NCBI RefSeq assembly: GCF_001194135.2
Contig: NC_068986.1
Coordinates: forward strand, 1,420,294 to 1,484,293
Origin: Octopus bimaculoides
Taxonomy: Eukaryota
DNA length: 64,000 bases
Direction of reading: 5' to 3'
Under the pieces are notes generated by a model. The model was not told the origin of the DNA. It made no database searches and was given only the letters and a program-made list of their open reading frames with translations. Shown piece by piece: positions 51,560-64,000 of the stretch (positions within the stretch are counted from its first letter, which is position 1; the number at the start of each line of letters is the position of its first letter). The position numbers and the translations under genes were made by a program.

Positions 51560-51920
51560 TTTGAAATATAATTTCTGTTGAATTATCAGTAAATCTTGCT
51601 AAGAGATCAATCTGGAATGAGGAGATGAAGGTTAGAACTGGAGTGAAGGATGTCGTCACAAAACACGACCATGGGCCGGTCATGTTCCAAGGTTCACAGA
51701 CAGTCGGTGGAGCCATGCAGTTGTTGAGTGGCACGAATGGGAGAGACCCCCTCGGAAGACCTGCAATCAGGTGGGAAGATGATTTAAGAAAGGTGTTTGG
51801 AACAATTTGGAGGAATATGGCAAGAGACACAAGGGGAATGGAAGGAATGCTGTGGCCAGCAGAGCCGACCCGGCACCGGACAGACTGACCGATCCAGGTG
51901 ATCCAGGTGAATTCAGTAAA
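51560..51920 (+). mobile_element. RTE-1-like LINE 3' fragment
   Basis: RTGVKDVV...PLGRPAIRWEDDLRK...WRNMARD is the typical RTE C-terminal GRPxxRWxD motif. Confidence 0.75.
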
Positions 51921-52164
51921 AGAATAAAAGATTGAACACACACACATACATGGCCATACACTTACACAGAAAAACACAAAAAGCTCTGGTTTGTCATAAT
52001 GTTTTTTTTTTATTTAGCTTTATTTTTCTTTGTTTCATGAAAATAATGAAGTAAACATATAAACCAATATAGACACCGTTTTTATTTTTTTGTTTTTTTT
52101 AATATATTCAGTCGAATTATTGTTGTTTCAGTTGTATTACATTGTTGCGAACAAAGCAGCAGTA

Positions 52165-52269
52165 ATCTGTGTATGTATCTGTGTGCACAGATGTGTGTAT
52201 ATGTATGTATGTATATATGTGTGTAGATACATGTGTATGTAAATATATGTATATATGTATATGTGTGAG

Positions 52270-52301
<32 letters not shown>

Positions 52302-52333
52302 CATATATATATGCATATATATATTTATATACG

Positions 52334-52366
<33 letters not shown>

Positions 52367-52960
52367 ATACAGATATATGTACATATACACACATATATAT
52401 GTGTATATATATATGCATATATATATTTATATGTGTATATATATACATATATATATATATGTGTGTACATATGTGTGTGTGTGTGTGTATGTATATATAT
52501 ATATGAGTGTATGTGTTTATAGAACCATCAACAATTCATTGTACACTACAAAATGACACTATTTTCAGTATCCACTCTTTTAATTTTGAAATACAGAACA
52601 TTTTGATAATTTGAGCAAAACAAAGCTGCGTTTTTTTTTTTCCCCCACATAGGGATCCAAAGTTTGAAGAAGAAAAATAAAATGCATAACACACATATAT
52701 ATACATATATATACATATGTGTGTGTATGCGTGTATGTATATGTATGCATGTATGTATATGCGTGTCTGTGTGTGTATATATGTATATATATACAAACAC
52801 ATATACATGTATATATATATATATGTATTATATGTACAAACACATATACATGCATGTATATATATATATATACATATATATATATGTATTATATGTATGT
52901 ATACATATATATATGTATATATATATACATATACACGTATATATATATATTATGTGTATA
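52165..52960. repeat. Complex (AT)n/(GT)n microsatellite field
   Basis: Directly visible. Similar fields lie at 11177-11365, 40630-40732, 41588-41660, 58660-58885, 60277-60400 and 63807-63945, and they explain the YI/VC-rich pseudo-ORFs. Confidence 0.95.
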
Positions 52961-55900
52961 TAACCAATATTAGTCATGAGAACTGTCTCTGTAATTTGAA
53001 AATGATCCTTCCCACCAATAGAATACTTTTTAAGACTAGGTTTCTCAATGTTGTTTGTTTTTTGGCTTTTTTTGAAAAATACTTTTTCTTTAAGTAAAAA
53101 TACAGATAGCGCCACCTGGATAATTGTTTTAAAATTTTTTTTTATTTATTTAATTTTTTTTTGTATTAGATTTGAGTAAAAATAAAATTGCATATATTTT
53201 ACTTTGTAGTATTATTTTTATAATTTTATTTTCAATAAAGAAATTATCAATGTTCCACAATGACATATGTGTAAATTACATATATATATATCATNNNNNN
53301 NNNNCACACATATATATACATATATATACATATGTGTGTGTATGCGTGTATGTATATGTATGCATGTATGTATATGCGTGTCTGTGTGTGTATATATGTA
53401 TATATATACAAACACATATACATGTATATATATATATATATCATATATATATATATATATCATGTATAATATTAACTCAAGCTTGGCAATATTTGTGCCA
53501 TTGCGTGTTCAAGGGAGATAACTTAGTAACACTATTGACAATATAGAAGGAACAACGAATTGTATAAACCAGTTATTTCTGATGTTATGATTTGTAATAT
53601 TTATCGACCAATATACGTACGAAGCATGAAATATGCGTTTTCCCATAAGATTCGGTTTTCTTTGAAGGTAAATGTATGTGGGTGTGAGTGTGTAGATAAA
53701 ATAATGAAGAAATGTGGTTTTAATTTAAGGCTAAATCTCTCCCCCTTAAAAATAAAAATCGTTTATTAACAGTAAAATTTTCAATAATATGAAATTCAAG
53801 CAAATGATACGAGAAGCATGGTGTTAAGTAATCAAGTTTTGATAAAAACATTATTTAGCTTGGTGTTAATTGAAGCTTATACAAAAAAATCCCACCCTAA
53901 AAAAAAAAAGAATGAAATATTCACAGAAATATTTTAAATTATGATGAATCTGTTATAGAAAAAGTGGCAGGTAATTGAAATTGATCCAAAATTCTTTACT
54001 GAAAATGAGCTTGGAAAAAATGATATGATGCCAATAGGAAATTTCATACTTATTATACTGAAACGATTGCAAAGATTTAGTTAAAAATGTGGTGGTAGGA
54101 GTTTAACTATTCAATTTGCTCTCTTCAGTAACTGCTGTAGTGTCTTCAAATGTAACATCTAGAAAATAAAGTAACATAAAAATATACAAAGCGTTAATTA
54201 AAATTGATAAAATATAGCAACACTATACTAGATTTTAGACAAACTTAAAAAAATTTGGATAATATATAAATATATATTATTGTTCTAAGGTCATTAACTT
54301 TTTAGAAATAATTGATGGAAAGGTAAAAGACAAAAAAAAAAAAGGAAAATAAGCAGATATTCTTTATTATTATTTTGTTTTTCGTTTTTTTTAATAACTG
54401 AAATAACCACTGAGAGCCAGAACTGGTTGAATAACACACAGTACATATTAAACTGTTACTATTGCTATTCTAATAGTTGTCGTTGTTTAACCCCAGGTCA
54501 ATCCTGTTTGAACAGTCTTATGATGATCAAAGTTGTTTCAGCTGTGACTGTTCTGAACAACAATGTCCAATGTGCCGTTTTCTCATTTTAAAGATGGTAG
54601 AGTGAGAGTCAATAGATATTTGACTGCTATTTCTAGTAGATTACATATCCATGCAGAGGTTGTCCAATGCTCTGCTTATCAGCTGACAGCCGTGTATCAG
54701 GAGTAGTTCCTTAATCTGCAGTTGTGAATTCAAACCTCGCATGAGTCACACATAGAAAAGGATGGAATCCAACAAGCTGAAGAGTCTTAGAAACATGGTT
54801 CTGCCATTATCACACAATAGGCTTGCTTTTTGTGTAAAATAAATATTTTAAACAAAATATTAATTTAAGAAAGTTGTTAGCAAATAATGCAATCCCCAAA
54901 AAGGGCCACTTGTTGTGATCCTTATTTGTTATATTACTGATGACCCGGATCTTTGGATTTACTTGGTTCATATTTCTGCTATAATAACACCCACCTGCTC
55001 CAGAACTTTTGAAACCGTAGTTTAGGCATTGTGTTTGTATATGGCACAATATGAAAACACTGTGAGTAAGAGATATTAGCCATATATATATACATACATA
55101 TATATATATATATANNNNNNNNNNNNNNNNNNNNNNNNNNNNNNNNNNNNNNNNNNNNNNNNNNNNNNNNNNNNNNNNNNNNNNNNNNNNNNNNNNNNNN
55201 NNNNNNNNNNNNNNNNNNNNNNNNNNNNNNNNNNNNNNNNNNNNNNNNNNNNNNNNNNNNNNNNNNNNNNNNNNNNNNNNNNNNNNNNNNNNNNNNNNNN
55301 NNNNNNNNNNNNNNNNNNNGGTAACTTTGTGTGCTTTAAATTACAGCAGGTTATTATACAAAATATGCTAGAGGTGAATGGCTAACCTGTATAACTTTTA
55401 GTGAATTTACCGAATAACTGGACCAACACTCATAGCATTGCTAACCGAGCATTCAATTAGCACCACCCCCAATGCCACTATCCCACCCCACCCCACCCCC
55501 AGCCCCAGTGCCATACAGTTTACAGGTGCGAGACAAGGACCATATTTTTACGGTTATCATACAACCTTATTGTACAAACTTCAGAGTCTACGTTGAAGTT
55601 TTGTAAATGAAAAGATAATTCAGTTGACCAACTGAACGTTTGAAAGACAATTTGTGGTGAAATGTGATACGTCAAAATTTATTATTGCAACTTTCGCTTG
55701 ATATCACCTAATAATGGTGAAAGCAACCAATAATAAGCTCTAATGGTAAAGATACATATAGCACAAGATGACATCCAGTAACCAACTATGGTGTAATTAA
55801 ATTACGTGTTTCAGAATGCTATACTCAATCAAAATATTAAATATGTACAGTTGTGAGAACAACAAAATTTCTTATGCGTAAGTTCAATGACTTGCTATTG

Positions 55901-58729
55901 ATCAGAAGATTGATTAATGTACCACCACCACCACCACATCCTCCTCCTCCTCCTCATCATCATCATCACTGTTACCATCATCATTAATGTTAATTCTGTT
56001 TTGACTTAATAACATACCAATATCGTAATTTTTCACACTGTAGATACAGTAACAAAGTCTTTTTTTTTCATCTTCAAGATATTTGAATGCTTTTCTCAGT
56101 GATCTCTTTCTTTTTTACTTGAATGAAACATTCAATCATACCAAGTACCTGTTATTCTGTCATTTGATAAAGAAAAAAAAATTGGGTTTTTTTTCCGGCA
56201 GTTTCTCTCTTAACGAAGTGACTGCATTTAATCACCTGTCTTTATCTTCTCACAGCACAACTGTCAAGCCTTTCGGACTTTAAGCAGTCGTGGTGGTAGT
56301 TGATCTTATCTTCCAACTGAACCTAAGAAACTATGTTTCTATTGTTTTTTTTTTTTCAATATTGATGACACTATCTGCCAGTCATCTCCCGACAGACATG
56401 TCAGCTTTTTAACAGTGACAGGGCAGGATTTAAGCTTCGGTACTCAGAATGTACAGGTCCCACAGGGCATCCAGTCCGACACAGTAACAATTCTGCCTAC
56501 CCACTGCCCCAGGCCGGGACTTTTTCTTTTATTGACTCCCTCCAGACCCATCTCCAACCCCAGAAAGAAAATGGTGCAAGGCAAAATTATTGACCTTGGT
56601 GGGATTTGAACTTAGACAGCAGAGAGTCAGAACTACTACTGTGAAGTATGGTGTTCTATGCAGCATGCTGACTCAGTCATTTTACTGCCTTCAAGCTGTT
56701 ATAGCACTCTATAAATGTTATTTTCCATTTATTCATGTTTTTACAATAGTAAATAAAAAAAAGAAAAGAAATGAAATGAAATTCAAATTAACAATTTAAG
56801 ACATTAAAACACAATCTCGTGTCCTAGTAACTCTAGAACATTGACAAACCACAAGCTGCTATAAAGTAAATAATATTCTCTAGTGATTCCAAGAAGAATA
56901 AATTTGAAACAAAATACCCTTCACAGAGAAAAACAAATAAAATGAAAGTAAGACAATATTTAAGAAAAATATAAAAAACAAACAGCATAAAAATAATCAT
57001 CCCCAAAATAAACATGAACAGTATTTGCTTGAGCTTGCAGCTCAAGTAAAGCCTTATTGAAGCAATTAAAGTTCTATAAAAATTAATTAGTGAATAGTTT
57101 GTAATTTCTTTGGAAGCTATCTGATTATAAACTAAAGTTGGTCCGTTGCTGCCTCACCACCATGTCCCCTCCCCCCCTCCTCTGATATAACCAGCTTCCT
57201 TTAATATACAGTTTGTAGTTTCCTTGTTAACATTGGCTTTATTCATGATGTTATATTAATATCAATCCATGCAGACACACTTGCCATCTTCAGATTGAAT
57301 TAAAAATCATGATTCGGGAAAAAAAAAAAAGGAAAAGAAAACATTCAGTGACGTTTATGATTATAATGCTTCTCAACTATAGCAGCAACAACAACCACAA
57401 AAACAAAAACTACAATAGTTGTGATGTCTGCACACAAAAATTCAACAATTGTTTTTTTTTTTTCATCAATAGTAATTTAATGGGCTTTTTTTTCGTTTTT
57501 TGTTTTTTAAATCACTGAGCAATTTATGTAAAATAAAATAAAAATAAAATTTTTGGAAGATATTTTTGAAAGATTTTTTTTTTTTTGATTTTCCTTGGTT
57601 AAAATCTTTTAAAATTGTTTGCTGATTCTTTTCTTTTTAGAAACCAGATGTGATGTGTAACATGGATAAACATCAACTTCTGTTTAAGCCATAAATTTAG
57701 CTGACAATTAGTAGTTCAAAAATAAATAAGTTAACAGTTCCACAGATGATTAGGGTTTGACAAACAGTGACACTAATCTAAAATATTTACAAAAAACATT
57801 TTCAAATGTTTCACAGACCAGAGTCGATTTTTCTAACATTAACAGACAGCAGTAAATTTATTTCACATGGATATCATCAACATGAAATGTTGTAGTCACA
57901 GCAAGGCTGGATGCGGCACAGGCACCTTTCAAGTTACATATCAAAGAGATTCCATTTTAGTCAATTATACAAAGAACACCATCAAAGCTAGCCTAAGAAT
58001 ACAGTCGATCAAAATTTTGTAGAAATGATACCAAAGTCAGCTGTCATGGATTCTACAATAGTAAGCCATCACAATGATACTTGGAAACAGCCAACATTAT
58101 TTAAGCTTTGGGACAAAGAACACAATAACTGTAAAATTAGAAGCTATAAAGGCAGGCATCTGTGCATTTCCAATTGCAAAACAAAACACAAAACTAACAA
58201 CAATGAATATATAAATTTTTGTTTTTTAATGAAAACACCTAATTGTAATTATTCTGAAAGTGAGTAGAATTCATTTAGCAAATATAGAAATGCAATTTAG
58301 AATTTTCCCTCCGATCAGCTTTAGTGTTTTGTGCAAAATGCAAACTAATCTGGACTCAGCTTTGTAACTGAGTATATATAATGTATATATAATGTATATA
58401 TATACATATATATATTTTGAGATAAGATGAGAGATGAGGGTGACAAGAATTCATCTCCTGCCCTTAGCATTTCATTATGACATGTTTAATGAGTTTTATT
58501 AAAAAGAAATAAATAAAAAATAATAATAATCATGCACACAGTATTCTTAATATACAATTTCAGAATTAAGATCAACTTGTCATCAGAAAATACTATTTTA
58601 AATACAAGATTATCCAGAACCAAGATACAAAGATTTCTCAAGTTAACATATATAAATAATATACATATACATATACATATGCATGTATACACAAATATGT
58701 ATGTATGGATGGATAGATGGATGTATGTA

Positions 58730-58770
<41 letters not shown>

Positions 58771-58884
58771 NNNNNNNNNNATATATATATACATATATAT
58801 ACACACACAAACATATATATACATATACATTTATACTATATATATATATATATATATAAAGTATATATGTATATGTAAATATAT

Positions 58885-59672
58885 ATGGTGTCTAATCAAT
58901 AAGTATCCAGACTGTTGCCATAGTAACGAAGTTAAAGAACACAGAATGAAGCTGCTTGGCAAAGATTAAACTTGAACTCTGCTGTGCATGCACACTAAGT
59001 TTTAACATTCTAGCTCACTCCCACTGTTTACAGTAGTGCTTGGAAGGAAGGTGTGTAGTGTGTGATTGTCGCATCGACCACAACAGAGAAAGTTGTCATG
59101 ACAATACCTGCTGAGAGGCCTATGCAAAGTTGTAGAAAGTGTATGAGCCACACTCAAGTGTGTGAGTGGTTTCCAAAATGGCCAAAACAACGTCAATATT
59201 CATGAACGTTCTCAGATGCCTGCAGCCAGCAGAACTGAGAAGAACATCGCAGATGTGCATGCAACTGCGAGGGGAAATCGTTGAATCACCATCCGTGATT
59301 TGCCAGAGGATGTGCAGATAAGTTATGGTTCAGTTCAGTCAATTATCACTGTAGATTTGGATTTGTATCTGCACAAGATTGTGTTGAGAAAAATGAAAAC
59401 GTTTTGAAAACCTTGTGTAGACCTCTGAGCAGGTATCACCAAGATTTTGGCAAAATTTGATGCAGATTCTCTGCTCAACTGTCTCTGTCTTGGTCAATGT
59501 GATGATCACATGCTACACACCTTCCTTCCAAGCACTGCTGTAAACAGCAGAAGAGAGTTAAGACGTTAAAACTTAGTGTGCATACACAGCAGAGTTTAAG
59601 GTCAATCTGTGTCAAGCGGCTCCACTCTCTGTGCTTTAGCTTCGTTACTATAGCAACAGTCTAGATACTTAT
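58885..59672. mobile_element. Fold-back mariner derivative made of two inverted 5' ends
   Basis: About 58899-59130 is the reverse complement of about 59410-59672 apart from a deletion of roughly 35 bp. The right arm read on minus gives EQRICIKFCQNLGDTCSE; the centre encodes an HTH remnant (RTEKNIADVHA..GNR.ITIRDL). Confidence 0.8.
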
Positions 59673-59809
59673 ACTCTCATGTTTGCCTCATACTCTTACT
59701 CATGCCATTTGTGTGATTTTTATCTTGCATATGTAAATGTGTGTGTGAGTATATGGGTATATGTCTGTATATATGTATATGTATATATATAAATTATTAT
59801 TTATATAGA

Positions 59810-60270
59810 TAGGGTAATAAATTGAATATTAATTCAATTTAAAACCAAGTGGCCTAGCATATAAAAAAATCAGAAAAAATTCTATTACACTAGGTGGACA
59901 TTCAATATGCTAGAAAGAGGTCATCAAGGACCCAATCACAAAGAAAAATAATGTTCTCCAGAAAAATTTCGCAAAACGCCAGAACAGGACAAAATGAGAA
60001 ATATACAGAATAAAGAATTATCTATGGACTGTAGTTTCGAACATTAACGTTTTACTTACGTAACAACATCTGTGTTCTCATCAGCATAGACGTTCTAGAA
60101 TCAATATAATTTGCAGAACTATACACGAATTATCTTCATGAAACAAGACTTGCATATAGTTCTACCGATTATATTGGGGCTATTTTTCAAAATGCCTCAG
60201 CTGCATTTTTCTTTGTGGTTGTGTCATTGATGACCTTTTTCTAGCATATTGGATGTCCACCTAGTGGTCA
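59810..60270 (-). mobile_element. Non-autonomous Penelope/retrozyme-like element carrying the hammerhead
   Basis: About 61-bp inverted repeats at 59888-59948 and 60206-60266 enclose the hammerhead and a second hairpin. There is no ORF. The class assignment is inferred from the known association of minimal hammerheads with Penelope-like elements. Confidence 0.45.
60021..60090 (-). ncRNA. Type I hammerhead ribozyme motif
   Basis: Minus strand reads TCTATG-CTGATGA-GAACA...TGTTC-GAAA-C TACA G-TC-CATAGA. It has an intact catalytic core, 6-bp stem I, 5-bp stem II closed by G-C, minimal stem III and a GUC cleavage triplet. Confidence 0.8.
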
Positions 60271-60282
60271 TCCCTTATACAC

Positions 60283-60372
<90 letters not shown>

Positions 60373-61307
60373 GTATGTATATATATACGTGTGCTATGTA
60401 GACAGGTACATGTATATAGGAGCAGGCATGACTGTGTGGATAAGAAGTTTGCTCCCCAGCCACATGATTTCAGGTTCAGTCCCACATTAATCTGATGGGT
60501 TACTCTGTCCTTTTGGAGAGTACAAATTTATCATTCTTCTACTAGAACGTTGTTGATAGTGACTTTGAAGTTTCAGCCAGCTGAGTCATTGTCGGAGTGA
60601 CCAACAATGGCTTAACATTCTTGTATAAGAATAATATATACATTTGCCTAAGAAGTCTTCAAGGCAGTGCCCCAGCATGGCCAAAATCTTATGACTGAAA
60701 CAATTAAAAAAGATTAAAAAAAAGATCTAGGCATGCATCCAAGCATGCATGTATACATACATATATACACATATATTCTTTGATTGGTTTTAAACACCAG
60801 GTTGCGACCATGCTGCGACCATGCTGCAACACTTTCCCTTTGAAGAGCTGAAGACAATTATACTGATCCCTCTTCTCACATTGGTACTTATGTTATCAGT
60901 CTTTAGTTTGCAAAATGGCAAAGTTTACCCTTTTTGTGGGTTTTTTTTGGCATGAAGGAAGGTAATTTAGCATAATTCAATACTAAGCTACAACATATAC
61001 AGAAATACAACAGACTTCTCTACAGTTTCTATCTACAAAATTTCACACACAAGGCATTCGTCAGCATGAGGTTACACTTGATCAAGGTGCCATGTAGCTG
61101 GATTGAACCTGGAACCAACAGAAGTTTACAAAAACAACTCAAGGGTTGAGGGTTTTGTGCATGGCACATATAAAACCCATGGCCCTCGAATCACTTATGT
61201 AACATTCTGTTAATTAAATATATATAAAGATGCATGTTTGTGTGTGTGTATACACACATACACACCCATAAAAATGTATGTATCTATATAGATATCTCCA
61301 TATATAC

Positions 61308-61345
<38 letters not shown>

Positions 61346-62618
61346 GGAGAGAGAGAGAGAGAGCGAGAGAGAGAAAGAGAAATAGATAGATAGATAATAG
61401 CACTCAATACTATTATCAACTTTTATTTTCAAAGAATTATACATCTCTTAATTCAGCAAATCTATTTTGTTTCAGTTTATCTTTTATCACACATTACTGA
61501 CCAGTTTCTATGGGATACACACACAACATACCCCCACCCCCGCCTGCCACCACATACCTATAGTTCAAATAGAAAATAGAAAACACATTAACCTCACTAT
61601 TTATATCCCAGTCCCTATCTAAGGATGTTTGAAATAACTGAAGTCATCTTTTTTTTTCTCTTCAAGCTAATTAATCTTTTCTTATTTGGGCAGAAGACCA
61701 GTAACTGAAAGGAAAGGATAACAGATGATTGGAGTCCAGAATATTACTGGTACTCATGATATTCACCTCTGAGTCATGAAAAGTAATGTAAATTTGAGGG
61801 AATTCAAACTAGAAATGAGGATGGATGAAACATACGTGATTGTATGTAAACACTGCCTTCTAAAATTATATACTTCAAAGTATACAGTGAAGAATTCTAC
61901 GACCCTGGTCACGGTCTCAAAGCGACGAAAATATTTTGGCAAATTAAATTTAAATGTTGAAGTGAATCTAACGGTTTTTGTGTGTTATTTTAAATGGCTT
62001 ATAAACACCTTCCACGCTGCAATTGTTTTCGTTCCAGCACACGATCTCAGATCAAGTCACTTGCTATGCAAGTACATTTCCGTAAACTAGTTATACTTTT
62101 GTGTAAAAATAATCATTTTTTACACAATTCCTAATAATACATAAGAGGATGTTTTTAAACATTGAATTGCTAGGAGAGTCCATCCAAGTAAAATAGGAAT
62201 CAAAGGGGTCCCTAAATAAAACAAATGGTTGAGAAACACTGGGTTAGACAAATGTATTATGTATATTGTTTTACAAACAGATGCTCTTCCTGTCACTAAC
62301 CCGTACCAGTTTTTCAAGTAAGGATTGTGTGTGTGTGTGTAGCAAGTGAGAGGAGACTAAGAAATCCAGGCAGTAACCTCAGTCATTTATTCATCAAAGT
62401 TATGATGAAATAACAATAGATTTTTCAATTATATAATGAATATTATATAATAAATGTTATCACAATCATTGCTCATATTCATGTTTTCTAATTTGTTAAA
62501 TGATTTACTCTCCCTATGTTGTTGAAACAGTTGTAACTGAGGAATGTGATACCAGTACCTCTCTTCTTTGCTTGTTACATGTGTATGCATACGTGTGTGT
62601 GTATGTGTGCACATGTGG

Positions 62619-62656
<38 letters not shown>

Positions 62657-62701
62657 CTATTAATTTTATTATTATAATATATATGTGTGTGTGTATGTGT
62701 G

Positions 62702-62745
<44 letters not shown>

Positions 62746-63804
62746 GTTTGTTTTTATCTCAAGTTATAATAAAAACAATTTTACGTGAAATTGAAGGATT
62801 ACTCAATACATTTTGTAGAGTACATATTTATTACACTTTTACAAGAAAAGTGCTAACAGTGACTTTGAAGCTGCAGCCTGCTGGCCTTCAATGAACTGTC
62901 ATTTCAAAGTCACCGTCCTTCTGAGAAAATTATAATACATACATACATACATATATATATATATATTCACATACATACACACACATATTTATACATATAC
63001 GCATACATATGTATATTAATAGCAGCTTAATATACTTTTCACCATTGTATTGGATTGATAAATCAGAAATAAAATAAAGTAAGAGTTAAATATCTTCACT
63101 CAACTTTTGTTTATTTATGATTTCTATCCACACAAATTAAAATTAGTTTTCAATTTAATTTTGTATTTAATCTGGAAGAAAAGCAGATAATAAAAATATA
63201 ATCTGAAACTTTCAATGTTATTATTATAATACCTACAATTCTTAAATTATAAGCCTACCTCTGAGAAGGAAACAAATGTAAACAGAAAGGCTTATAATTT
63301 CTGAATGGCAGGTAACTGTACTGCCATTTGAAAATTAAAAATTATTCAATATATGCTGCATAGTGCAGAAAATAATCAATCAATAAAAATATACTCCACA
63401 GTAAAATTTCCAAGAGCTTTTTAAAATAAAGCAAGCAAGCGGTTATATATGTATATACATATAACATCTAAGAATTAATATGCACATGTGTACATGCAGG
63501 TTTGTTGATAGAACCACAAAAAAATTAATATGCACAAAAAATGTGTAAAGGTGAATTTATAAACAATATAATTTCATCTGATTGGAGTTTGAGTGTACAC
63601 ACACACACACAAACATATATTTCTGCATGTAATTTCTTCCGTCTTCATTTCCTGCACAATTTTCAAAATATTTTTGGCTATACATCATATTCTGTATAAA
63701 ATGCACACATACACGTGCATATGTACACACACACATACACGCACACACACATTCCAATATTCACAGACACAAACACATAGAGATATACTTACACACATGT
63801 ACTC

Positions 63805-63943
<139 letters not shown>

Positions 63944-64000
63944 TAGACAGATAGATGGATAGATAAATTGATAGGTTGATGTACATATATATAATATTAA

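Noticed and set aside
52137-53546. Cluster of overlapping Y/I/V/C/H/T-rich ORFs
   Set aside because: They are translations of (AT)n/(GT)n repeats, which lack stop codons.
2291-54950. Other CTGATGA occurrences (near 2296, 8814, 11821, 15670 minus, 16244, 46440 minus, 54936) as hammerheads
   Set aside because: None shows a paired stem II followed by GAAA plus matching stems I and III.
57600-62100. UTR-like unique sequence suggesting a third gene at the right end, including ORFs 58025-58267 and 61776-62090
   Set aside because: I found no coding exon with homology or consistent splice signals.

Overview
AT-rich eukaryotic genomic DNA with 8 N-gaps, abundant (AT)n/(AC)n microsatellites and a SINE/LINE/Tc1-mariner repeat complement that I recognise as coleoid cephalopod, most likely Octopus (inference, no search run). 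Two intron-containing genes lie head-to-head about 1.5 kb apart. A tektin-1 orthologue runs on the minus strand (predicted exons 4369-4353, 2826-2645, 1186-1021; the rest lies left of the window) with an RFX X-box just upstream. A complete 7-exon mitochondrial citrate carrier SLC25A1 runs on the plus strand (5932-43486, 324 aa, all GT-AG junctions in phase). The rest is intronic or intergenic, with decayed Tc1/mariner, hAT-Charlie (TIRs and 8-bp TSD), Tigger-like, RTE-LINE and tRNA-SINE copies. The most notable non-genic signal is a complete type I hammerhead ribozyme motif (minus strand, 60021-60090) inside a roughly 460-bp inverted-repeat-bounded, Penelope/retrozyme-like element. Other leads: tektin appears to have lost its ancestral ATG and to start from a new 17-nt coding exon, a fold-back mariner carries RFX X-boxes in both arms, and a CpG-retaining domain covers the divergent promoter. 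No prokaryote-type features (CRISPR, operons) are supported.
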